Source of the DNA: Camelus dromedarius | Taxonomy: Eukaryota | Length of the DNA: 64,000 bases | Assembly (NCBI RefSeq): GCF_036321535.1 | Contig: NC_087437.1 | Location: 99,822,001-99,886,000 of the forward strand | Reading direction: 5' to 3' | Shown: positions 11,741 through 23,800 of the stretch, one piece after another | Position numbering within the stretch: the stretch's first letter is position 1 | Layout of the letters: every line of letters starts with the position of its first letter | The notes under the pieces: model-generated | Database searches by the model: none | Seen by the model: the letters and a program-made list of their open reading frames with translations, nothing else | Told to the model about the DNA's origin: nothing | Position numbers and translations under genes: made by a program

Positions 11741-13255
11741 ATGTGAATGTATCAGGAGGATGAAGGACTTAAAGGAACCAAGTCTGACTATTTTGAGCTC
11801 AAAATACATAATGATAATTAACTCATTGAATAAAATACTGAAATAAGAAAGGAGTGGGGAGTTGGGAAGGAAGGAAGAAAGGAAGGGAGGAGGAGAAAGC
11901 AGGAGGGCTGGGTTCCAGATGTCCTGGAACCCAGCCTTTTCCTTACAGTAGAATACTTTTCTTTACAGTAGAATACCAACTAATAAATACATAATGATAA
12001 TGTTAATAACCAATCTTTGATAATTAATGGATGCTAAAATAATGTGTGAAAAATGGGTTAAAAAAGAGGAAATTTCACAAATTAAAACTACAATGAGGTA
12101 TCACCTCACACCAGTCAGAATGGCCATCATTAAAAAGTCCACAAATGATAAATGCTGGAGAAGGTGTGGAGAAAAGGGAACTCTCCTACATCATTGGTGG
12201 GAATGTAATTTGGTGCAGCCATTATGGAAAACAGTTTGGCCCTTGAAGTTGCTAAGTCTCCCTAAAAACCAAAAATAGACTTGCCATATGATCCAGCAAT
12301 CCCACTCCTGGGCATATATCCAGAGGGAACTTTAATTTGAAAAGATACATGCACCCCAATGTTCATAGCAGCACTATTTACAATAGCCAAGACATGGAAA
12401 CAAGCTAAATGTCCATCAACAGATGACTGGATAAAGAAGTTATGGTATATTTATACAATGGAATACTACTCAGCCACAAAAAAAGAATTAAAAAATATCA
12501 TTTGCAGCAACATGGATGGACATGGAAATCATCATTCTAAATGGAATAAGCCAGAAAAAGAAAAAAATGATATCATGCATATGTGGAATCTAAGGAAAAA
12601 AAGACACAAATGAAATTATTTACAAAACAGAAGCAGGCTCACAGACATAGAAACAAACTTATGGTTACCAGAGGGGAAAAGAGGTGGAAGGATAAATTGG
12701 GAGCTCTATATTTGCAGATACTAACCACTATATATAAAATAAACAAGTTTCTTCTGTGTAGCACTCTTGTAGTAATCTACAATGAAAAATAATATGACAA
12801 ATGAATATATGCATGTATATGTATGACTGAAACATTATGCTATACACCAGAAATTGATACAACATTGTAAATTGACTATACTTTAATTTAAAAAATAAAG
12901 GACATTTCAGAGTCTCCAAGAATCTCACCACAAATTACTTCTTAATCTCTAAGAGAAAAATAGCAATTTCACTTCGGATAAACCTAGCAGATGTACCCAC
13001 CAGAAACACATTTTAAATAAAAGAAGAGGGAGTAGGATTTTCAGATGTCTTTTTTTAAAATAAAGAAATCATATAAGACCTTGCTTTAGTTCCACCTTTG
13101 GACTTAGAATGAGAGGTACAAGCATGTATTAGAGGGCTTAGTCAAAGGATCAAAGTTAGTGTCTTCAATATAGGACAAAACACCATCACATGCCCCCAAT
13201 CTGATGTGCTAAGAAGAACATAATTATCACTTTTGTGATACTCTTTCCAAAGCTG
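11741..13255 (+). mobile_element. Old L1MC-type 3' region, split by a younger L1 and by templated insertions
   Basis: ccttacagtagaataccaactaataaat...atggatgctaaaa, then agtctccaagaatctcaccacaaattacttc...caaaggatcaaagttag; collinear with the related fragment at 58120-58620. Confidence 0.7.
12078..12892 (+). mobile_element. 5'-truncated L1 (ORF2 C-terminus pseudogenised, plus 3' UTR)
   Basis: ORFs 12027-12278 ([34 protein letters not shown]) and 12359-12613 (MFIAALFTIAKTWKQAKCPS) are L1 ORF2 C-terminal motifs; degenerate TSD aaaaagaggaaatttca (12061-12077) / aaataaaggacatttca (12893-12909), 14/17 identical. Confidence 0.95.
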
Positions 13256-14166
13256 AATGAATGACTCCTCTCCTAGCTCAGTGATCTGGATGCCAAGAAA
13301 TCATCCTCACTTACATGTGGCTCATCTTAGAGAAATTTCGGTCTCATGTGTTAGAAAATGCATACCTGCTGAAATGTTGTAAGATGAAGCAGCTAGAGAG
13401 GACTCTCCAAAGTCAGCTGGCATTCCAAAAGGCTGTGCCTGAGGGCACAGCCATAAAACTTAAGACTGTGAGAAGACTATAACTGGAAGAAAGGGCTTGA
13501 GATCTGACAACTAAGAAAGAGATCAGAAATGGAAGGCAGGTTGGACAGACAGAAAACCATAGTTCTACTCTTAAATCTTTTCTCTTTTTGCTTTCAATAT
13601 TAATATTCCAGATTTTCTGCTTAGATACAATATTTGATTTCACTTAAAAACTATGGCAAGTCTATTAAACATTTTTTCCCTATTTTTCTTCTTTTAACCC
13701 CTCTATCTACTACACACAATCCAGTACCGTGTTTATTTTATCAGATATTTAACTTGACAACATTTTTAACTTACTCATGATTTCTTTATTATTTTTCAGT
13801 GTATCTCATTCAATTCTAGATCCTAGTTTTTGGTTGAAATCTCTCCTAACTTCAGTATTGATATTGTCGAGGAGTTTCCATATTAGTTGTGTTTCCCCTT
13901 TCTTACTGTAGTTGTTTCAGCATGTTATATATTATTCCTTTAGTTTAGATGTCTTTTTTTGAGTATGTATACCAGCTTTGCTACTACAAATTCTGGAATT
14001 CTTTAACGTAATCCCACACCCACCAGAAATATATTTTAAATAAAAGTAAAGGGAGTAGGATCTTTCAGATGTCTTTTCTTAAAATAATGAAACCATATAA
14101 GACATTGCTTTATTTCCACCTTTAGACTTAGATTGAGAGGTACAATGATATATTAGAGGGCTTTGT
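12995..14166 (+). repeat. Dispersed ~148-bp direct duplication (12995-13142 and 14018-14166)
   Basis: Both copies read acccaccagaaa..attttaaataaaag..gggagtaggat..tattagagggctt.gt; roughly 88-90% identical by manual alignment. Confidence 0.95.
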
Positions 14167-17100
14167 TAATAAATACCAAAACATTTATAAAAATTCATAA
14201 AAATATACTTTTTGAATTACTACTTGATGCTTCTGTTGAAAGGTAGGTTATGGAGATGTTTTTGAAACATGATTCTTTGATATAAATAGATATATTTAAG
14301 CAATTTAAATATATTTACATAAATACAAGCATATCCTGTTTAGTGAGGGCTGCAATCAAGGAAGACTTCAAATCAGAAACACTGGAAATACAACAGCAGA
14401 AGCAGACATCGTGAGCTTGCTAGTTGTATTTTAATACAGAGGTTATTCAGGATTCCTTTATTTTTATTATTCTCTTCTTTGAAACTGGGAAATGGTGAAG
14501 GGATGAGGGACTTCTCCACAGTGGCGCTTACATGTCATTGTCCCTGTGATGTTCTTGCTCACTCCCTTTTGCACACAATGTTAATCTCCAATTCTTCCTC
14601 CCCAAGAGAAGTTCTTGCCTCTTCTGAGAACCATCTTTGCTTAACTTTTCTCTGTAAGTTAGTTGAACTTCACCTGATCCTCTCTTGCTAAAACCCTGTA
14701 AAGACTTCCATCCTCCTCAAGTTAGAATTTTCCTTGAAAGACTTCTCGTGCCCATAGCACTTTTGAAATTTGATTATGCTAATGAATGGTATTTTGGTTA
14801 CTTTTCTTTCACTAAATACACTATGTGTGTCTGTATGTTGGGAAATGCACATGTGTGTGTATGTCTAATAAAAGAGTTTGTCAGAACTCTTCAAAGTGAA
14901 TGAAGTGTTTAATTTCCCATTTAATCATTATAGTCCCCCCATGTCACAGAAAAGAATGTAGATAAGGTGGGAAAGGTGGTGTAGGAGAGAAGGATGTTCT
15001 CCAAGTAGTCGGAAAGTGGCTGCCTAAGCCCCTAAGATAAGGAATTTAGGAACAGGACAAGGTTTGAATAAAATGTGAGTTCAGTTTGGACATCAGGAAT
15101 CTGAAGTCACTCCTCTGAGATATCTAAGTGCAGATGCTAATAGTTTAACGGACGGTCGGAGGCTCACTGGTTAGATCTCAGAGACTTGAAGTCATCAGAA
15201 AGATGGAAATTGGAAATCTTGGCCTAGGGTAATCCTACAATGTAAATTAATTTAGAAATGAATCATAAACATACTCCAACATAGCCCAAGGTATTTTAGA
15301 TCAGGTAACACCCTACAGATGGATAAAATATTTCAAACCTGGTATTAATGTTCTACCAAATCCTCTTGCAATGGACACAATAAAAGAACAACAATAAAGA
15401 GCTTGGAATCACTCTTGTATGATCAAGTTCTACAACATGATTAATCATCATCATTAACTTTCCTACAAGTTACAAAGATTCTCTAAGTTGTTACATTTCC
15501 TCAATAAAGTTATGATATTTAACTTCAGCATTTTTGAAATGGTCACAGATATACTTATTTAAGTTATGGGCTTTAGAACTAGTAAAATCATACATGATTA
15601 CATTAATTATTTTTCATTTCCTGTTCCAATATCTTAGCCCACTTCAAAAATTTGGCTCAGGACTGAATTTGCTAACCATCCCTTAAAGGACTAGGCTTCC
15701 ATTTTGGAGAAGTTCGAATCCCTGTCAAATAATCTCATTAACTGATTAATCAATTTCATAATCCCATCAATTCCCAAGCCAGGATTTAGATGGCCCATTT
15801 GAAAGGGGTCTCCCTAATACTGGAATAGTTCTGCTGACATCTCTATCCACTTAACCATATCCTCTATTTAATCCTGCAATCCCTCAGTTGCTTGCTGTTG
15901 AGATTTTGGGTCCTTTTGTTTGATTTCCCTTTTTCCATCAGATACAGTCTGAAGTAAATTTTCTCAGACTCTATGGTGAATTTTGATCCCTTACAGCAAG
16001 TCAACTTAAAAGGACTGCAAATATGCTCCATAAATAACTCATCATACTATTTGCAGAGTGTACCTCAACCAGCAACTAGTGGTCACAATCTCTCTGAGAT
16101 GCCAAAGGCTAAAGGCGATATCCTGTTCGAGGATATTATCTATAGAGCAGACTTATCAAAAGATAAGATTCCTCTAACAGAATGCAACAAAATGGATTTT
16201 TATAAGGATTTTTCTTTCAGGCTACAGCATTATTTCATTATCTTATTAATTCTTTCTTTAATTTTCACTAATTTCAACAAATCACTCATTTGCAATATTT
16301 TAAATGCCTTTCTTTTCAGATTATAAATGCAAAACAATTTCAGAGAATTGTGTTTGTTTTTTTTTTTTTTTTTTTTACAGAATCCTTTTATCTCATTCTC
16401 ATTCGTTTTGTAAAGCCTCATGAAGTCTGTGGGCTAATTTTGCCAGTGGTTTCCATCCAAACCCAATCAGACATGGTCACTCAGATAGCGGTCAAGGGAT
16501 TTCTCTAACCTTAATTACAGTAGAGTTTCTAGCTGTTCATTAATATGTATATGTACTTCCTCCAAAATTCTGCTTGCTTAACAGGTTCGTGTTTATTCTG
16601 TATGGCCAACCTAAGGGAGTAGAAAAGCCAGAATTATATTTCAGACTTTCCCAACTGTCAGTTTTGTACTCAAACAAACTAGTCATTGCTGTCCCTCAGA
16701 AGGAAAGCTGCCTTTCACATATAAAGAGCCTTCCTCTTGGAAGATTCTGTATCTTAAAAGGTTGTTTTGAAATGTTGATGTACCATATAAGTAAAAAAAT
16801 TCTCCAGGCAGATTAAATGCATATATAAATTTATAATAGCCCACTGACTCCAGTTGGCAGAGCTATAGCTTTAGGATAAGTGGCAAAACACTTTCCAAAG
16901 AAGTTTGGAGACTCTTTTTTGTCTTTCTGCCAAGTCCTCTCCACTGAATCTCACGCACTGACTAATGCATATGCTTGTTTGTGTAAGGTTCCAGGGAATG
17001 GTCTTTATTGAGGCTGGTAGGTGAGAAGAGTTTCAGCTGTGGCCTATTTGAAGTCTTGACTTGGACAGGTTTTGGCTTCTGCTTTATTTTTAATGGCTGT

Positions 17101-17464
17101 CCTGTTGTATCTACATCAACATTAGTGAAATCGGAGTCCTGCAGCTTTTAATTCATATGCAGTAAGCTCGAACAGGAAATACGTTTTACAAATTTAAAAT
17201 GCTCCTTACAAAACAATACATACCTATTGTTTAAAAACAAGAAATAAAGGATTACAATTCCCACTTAATCAGTTGTTTTTAGTCTTTTCTAGTAATTACT
17301 CTAAATAATATTCTTACATCTCACTTTTATTGATGCATCAATATTAGAAAATGTCTATTTACTCTCTGCTATGCAAATGAAAAATTAGAATTCCAATTCC
17401 TTCTAACCCTTCCTGCTGACTCTCTCACTTCTATCAAGCAATTTCTTTCCTTCTGCATTACCAG

Positions 17465-19578
17465 TGTTCACTGTAATTTTATGTGCTAAAATCTTATGTG
17501 CTCATGGATGCTAAATATTCCATTACATAAATAAACCATCATGTATTTATTTCTTTTTCTGCTTATGGATAATTGGGTTGTTTCCTGTCTGGGGTCACTA
17601 TGAATAAAGCTAGAAAATATTACTGTACATGCTTTTTGTTGCCATAAGCATTTATTTCTATTGTGTATATAACTCAACAGAGTTGGTTTTGTGTATATTT
17701 AGCTTTGGTAGATACTACTGAACAATTTTCCAACAAAGTGATTACCAATTGGAATATTAGCTCAATTAATTCTTAATTAAGTCTTAAAAATATTCTTAAT
17801 TAATATTGAGAATTCTATTTGATTCTTATCCTTACTAACACTTGATATTTTCAGTCTTTCAAAATTTTAGTCATTCTGCTTGAGATAAGTTATTTCACTG
17901 TGGCTGAAATTTGTATTTAGCTGATAACTAAAGATTCTGACTATCTTTTCATGTGCTCACTGATCATTTGGGTATCCTCTCGTATCCTCTCTTGTTTAAG
18001 TGACCAAGTACTCTGCTAATTAAAAATTTTCTTTCTCAGTGATTTATTGGCATTCTTTATCCATCTTGCATATGGATTGTTTGATTTTGTATATATAAAA
18101 TAAATTATTATTTTCTCCCATTTGTTAGTTTGACTTTCCACACTATCAATGCTATATTTTAACGAACAGAATTAACTAATTTAAAAGAAGTCCAATTTAT
18201 TAATCTTTTCTTTTATAGTTAATAATCTCGTCCAATTTAAAAAATCCTTCTTCCACAACATAATAAAGGTATTCTCCTATGATTTCTTCTGGAATTGTTT
18301 TTATTCGGCCTTTTACATTTATGACTAAAATCCATTTCAAATTAAATTCTGTGAATGGTATGAGGAAGGGTACAGATAAATTTATTTTTCAAATAGATAT
18401 CCAATTGACTCAATCCTTTATCGAAACAACTATCTTTTCCACACAGAATTGCTGTGTCATCTTTGTGACAAGTCAAGTGACCATATGTATGGGTCAGTTT
18501 CTGGATACCATATTTTCGTCTCCTGGTCTATTTGTTTATTTTTACACCACCACACTGTTTTAATCATTACATCTTTATAGTAAGACTTGATCTCTGTTAG
18601 TATTCAGTCAGTTTGTTCTCTTTTAAAGATTGCTATGCTGTTCTGGGCTCTCTGCATTTCCATACATTTTAGTATCAATAGGCCAGTCACCCCTCTCCCA
18701 CTGAAAAAAGAAAAATAAAATATCCTTCTGTTATTGGTTGAGATAACATTGAGTATCTAGATCAATTTCAGAAGAACGTACATCTTAATATTGAGTTTTC
18801 CAATGTAAGAACATGTTCTACCTCTCCACTTACTGGATTAAATCTTTTTTTCTCAACATTGTCTTGCTATTTACAATGTAGAGAACTTGGATATATTTCA
18901 TAGGAATTATTTATGAGTATCTAAGGGTTTTCTTTGTGTTATTATGAATGGTATTTATCCATTTCTTTTTTAATATTTGCTGCTAATTTATAGAAAGGCA
19001 ATTAATTTTTATATATTGATTACATATCCAGTGAGTTACAAAATTGACATTAATTCTAATGTTTTGTAGATTCTTTTGGATTTTCTAAGTACATAGTTAT
19101 GACTTCTTCGAATAATGACAATTTAAAGCTTTATTTTCAATCTCTATCTCTTTCACTTATTTTCTTGCCTTATTGCATTTGGTAGGCCCTCTGGTATAAT
19201 GCTGAATAAAATTTAAAATGGTGACAATTGTTTTCCACCTGTAGAGAAAAGACAACAATACTTGCTACTATGTAATAGGTTCACTTTTCTGGATATATTT
19301 TATTAGATTAATAAGATTCCATTCCACTTCTAATTTGCTAAGTTTTTGCCATCAATGGATATTGAATTTTATTGAATGTTTTTTCTAAATGGATTTAGAT
19401 GATCACATTGTTTTCTCCTTTTTGGTGTTAGTGTAGTGAATTACACTGATTGATTTTTTAATATTAAAAATCAACTTTTTAATCCTCTGAATGACAACAC
19501 TATGTTATTATTTACCAGATAGCTAGGTAGCTAGGTAGATAGGTAGATAAATAGATAATAGATAAATAGATAGGTAGT

Positions 19579-19611
<33 letters not shown>

Positions 19612-19745
19612 TGATTGATTCAGTTTGCTAATATTTTGTCTAAGATTTTTTGTGAAAGAGTGCATAGGAAATTTTGGCTTGTAATTTTCTTTCATCATAA
19701 TGTCCTAATCAGGGTTTGCTATCAAAGATATGCTGGCCCCATGTA
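17465..19745 (-). mobile_element. Old L1M ORF2/3' region, decayed
   Basis: T-rich strand with antisense L1 ORF2 hallmarks (gatatccaattgactcaa, ttttcttgccttattgcatt, tttgctaatattttgtctaagattttt); no intact ORF. Confidence 0.85.
19517..19620. repeat. Compound (GATA/GGTA/GATT)n microsatellite
   Basis: Direct tetranucleotide runs. Confidence 0.9.
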
Positions 19746-19769
19746 ATTTTTGTAACATTCTTCATGGAG

Positions 19770-20082
19770 CATGGTGATTTAACAGCACAATCTCTGATGG
19801 CCTCAGTTCAAATTTTAGCTCCTTCATTTACTGGCTGTGTAATTTTGACCAAATAATTCTAGGCATTAGTGTCAGAAACCTGAGTCGAGACAAGCTATGT
19901 GAGCCTGAAAAAATTATTCACTATGTTAAATATTTAGTTCACTATATTAAAATTTATCTTCATATGTTAAATAAACATAATAATAGTACTACTTTATAGG
20001 GTAGTTGTGAGAATTAAATGGAATAATCTATGTAATGTATCAAATACAGCACCCAGCACAGTAAGCCCTCAAATGTTAGCTT
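19770..20082 (+). mobile_element. MIR SINE (interrupted)
   Basis: ctccttcatttactggctgtgtaattttgacc...taatagtactactttatagggtagttgtgagaattaaatgg...aaatgttagct. Confidence 0.75.
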
Positions 20083-20365
20083 TTTATATAGATGATAAAT
20101 AAATAGTAGATGGATACTCAGATAAATAAGCAATCACACACACACACACACAGTTAACTATGTCAGTTGGACTGTAAGCATACTTTTAATCTATCATTTT
20201 GATTACCAAGTCTGAACTTTGATATTATTGTCCATTTTTAGTCTCTATCTGCCAACTCAATACTTAAAAACTTTTCTTAACTTTAATGGAAAAAAAAAAC
20301 AGCTTACTTTAAGCATAACTTAAACTGTGCGTGTTTAAGATAGCTGCTAACTCTGCTTTGACCAT

Positions 20366-20407
20366 TTTTATTAGCCAAAGTTCTCCAGGAAACAGAACCA
20401 ATAGGAT

Positions 20408-20456
<49 letters not shown>

Positions 20457-20841
20457 CACATATATTTACATATAGTTATAGATATATAGATATATAAAGA
20501 CATTTATTCTAAGGAATTGGCTTCTGCAGTCATGGACACTGGCAAGTCCAAAATCTTTTGGGTGGGCTAGCAGGCAGAAATCAAGCATAGGTGATGTTTC
20601 AGTTCAAGTCCAAATCCTCTTTCTGCAGCATCTCTCTTGCTTGCGGGAGGCTGGTCTTTTGTTCTACTTAGGCTGATTGGATGAGGCTCACTTACGTTAT
20701 AGAGGGCAATTTACTCTATTCAAAGTTTACCAATTTCAATGTTAAAGTCACCCCAAAACATAGAAATACCTAGAATAACGTTTGACCAAATATCTGGGCA
20801 CCCTATGGCTCAGCCAATTTGATACACAAAATTAACCATCA
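20366..20841 (-). mobile_element. MLT2-type ERVL solo LTR
   Basis: ttctccaggaaacagaaccaatagga...ggaattggct...acacaaaattaaccatcac is the reverse complement of the LTR type at 9852. Confidence 0.9.
20410..20453. repeat. (GT)n microsatellite, about 22 units
   Basis: Direct dinucleotide run. Confidence 0.97.
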
Positions 20842-23800
20842 CCTCCATCAATGTAAAACCATGTAATTCTGATTTCAGAAAGAATCCAGTCTGGCTTATA
20901 GTTTATTATTTTCAAGCTATAAGTATATTTATGATTTTTGAATAGTTTTTTCTTATTTTAATGGGGTTTAGAAAAATAAGGAGTTAGATATTATACTGAG
21001 TACACCACCCTGAACTGGAAGCCTCTATCTTATACTCTTGGTTAGGGAAGAAACTGGTTTAGAAGTATAGCATCTGAATTATTACAGAGATGAAGGTGAC
21101 TCATAAGACGCCAATGGGCAGAGTATATTAGGTCTTTCATGCAGGTATCAGAAGTGAGATTTTAATTACATTAAGCCAGTTGCTCATAGCTAGAGGTTCA
21201 GCCTCACTCTCCATGTTGGAAGTACAAGCCCCCTGTCCTTCAAGTTTCCCTTCTGTGGATGTTGGTGATTGAGCTGCCTGAAGACAGTAGTGATCATTTT
21301 GGATCATAGAAAGGTCAACTGAGGTACTGCTCAGGGTGAGGAGGGAGTGTCCTTTATTCTTTGTAGCTCAGAATTGACTGCCACAAACTGAAACTCAAAT
21401 GTGTCAGAGTTTTAAATTACCTCTGCCTCTTTTAGACGTCTGTGGGCTAACATGGACCAGTTCAAGGACATTCATGAGCAAATATATCAGACTTACATGA
21501 ATCAAATTTCAATCCCTGTCATCTCTGGGCTCTGACCATCCTAAGTAAGATAGAAATTCAGGACTGCCTGAAGTCCTATCTCCATAGCTTCCAATATTGC
21601 CAAGAGAATAAAACACAGATAATAATACTACGTTAAGCTTTGTTTCAATTTATGTAAAAAATGGGCGACAATAAACACGTATATGTGTATCAGTGATTGC
21701 TCCTTGGGATAAAATATTGGGAATCTGCAGGGAGAGAAAGGTTTATGTTTCATTAAATATCCTTTTACGCATTTTATTTAAATTTTGCCATGTACATATA
21801 TTTTTAATTAAAAGTTCCAATTAACTTTAAATAAATCCTCTCCTTAACAGAGTTAATATTTTTAAAAGAAAATGAGGTGGTTATTTCTTTTGTGAATATA
21901 GCTGTGGCTGAAGGGGATCATCCCCTAACTTTTCTACCTAGAAAAGCAAGAAAGAACAAAAGGAACATATATCAGGAGGTAATAAAAGATTCTGATTATT
22001 GATACCATTGGTTGCCAACCAGTAACTTTTTCCTAAGTATCAAGTAGACATGTAGGTAAATTTTGTGACCCTTGAATATAATTGAAATTATAGAGGTTTT
22101 AATCCCTGGAAAGGATTTCACAATACATATGCTTCTTTAATGCAATTGAGTTCCTGTGGTTTAAAAGGGAAAGTACCTCTTGCAAATCTAATTCACATCT
22201 CAAGTAGCTAATTTATTCATCTGGGTGGATCTGGCTCAAGATACTAAGAAATTATCAAAACTCAGCTAGCATTTAGTGTTCCTAAGTAAGCAGAACTTTG
22301 AAACTGAATTCACTTCTAAACTTCAGTAGATTTGCTTTACTAGAAAAATAAAGTTATTTATATTTTAATATTATTTTATATGTCTTTATTTTTTCTGTCT
22401 AGCCTACTGGAATAAACGTCCCTCAAGATAACCAAGGAAATTTCAAAGCTAGAATATTTGTCTTACTGTAGGAATTTCACTTCACAAAGATTGTCCTTAA
22501 AATTTTGTTGAAATCCTTCTAGGACCAATAGAAAGAGACGCCTCTTCTTGCTGTGCTCCCGGTATAAAACCGCTGCCATTTGCACTGTACGCTAATGACA
22601 AGCTGGATGTTTGCATGAAAGCCAATATGTTCTTACACTGCTTTTCTGAGACAAGTAATAATCAGTCTGTCATCAATGTCATGCTGCAATCAAGCTTTGA
22701 CAAGGTTTGCAAATAACTTGAAAGGAATTGCTCATCCCTGAACACTGCAGATCAAAACCAGACCTGAACAAAAACTAAAAGTCTGCTGTGCGTCAGCTGC
22801 ACGGTCTCTGGGAACGTGCCGTGCATAAGCAGGAGGAGCAACAGAGGAAACAACTACTCCACCACCCCATCCCCCATTTTAAATATTTTATTGAGAAGAA
22901 CTTTTCTGAACTACCAATCCTGGGAATGCACTATTCAAAACCATGATGTAGCCACCAGAAATGGCCAGCCTGACTGGAAGAACTTGTATTATTCCTGAAA
23001 TAGACTGGAAAAGCACCATCCTGTGGGTGATTTGTTTTCTTAACTCAGGGGCTGGAGCAGACAGGATTGCTCACCACACTCGCCACTGCCATAAGAGAGG
23101 GGACTGTGCACCTGGGATTGGGGCACCAATTGCTTCCTCTTCCTCTCCTCCTCTTCTCAGTCCTTCCCACCCAGAAAGGGGTGTGATGTATGTTATTTAT
23201 TCACTGCTGTCCTGACACTTGTTCATCTGTAGGCTTTCATAGTCATAAAAAGAAAGTTTAACTTACATAACTGAGAATACTTATATAAGTTAAACTTATA
23301 AAACTTGGAAAATAAGATCCTTTGGAGAAAAAAAAAAGGTTTTTTTTAGATGTATCAGCTGGTCACAGGTCTGCTCAGAGCTTCAAAACATGTTTGTACT
23401 TCATGTTTGTATAAATAGCTGGACAGCCCCATGACATATGGACTTCAGCATTCATGAATTATGCCTGAAATATGAGTATGCATTTGAGATGAGAATTAAC
23501 CGTTGATTTTATTTTAGCATAAGAGAAGAATTTGGCTCAGTTATCTTGTTCTTTACAAGGAACCCTAAAAATCAGGTGTTACTAAAGGAGCGTATGATAT
23601 TCAAAGTGCAGTGAATATGGTAATGAAAGGGAAAAAGCAAATGCATCAAAAGTAAAAAAAAAAAAGTCCACATTCCAAAAAGAAAAGAGAAAGAAAACAT
23701 ATTTAAGATCCCGTTTTATGTGATTACAGTCATTTGAGACTATAGGCTATATAAAATGTCCAATAAAGTTTCCATTTAATAAATACATTCTGAGCACAAT

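Noticed and set aside
15973..16326. 117-aa plus-strand ORF
   Set aside because: AT-rich, no known domain, runs into low-complexity sequence.
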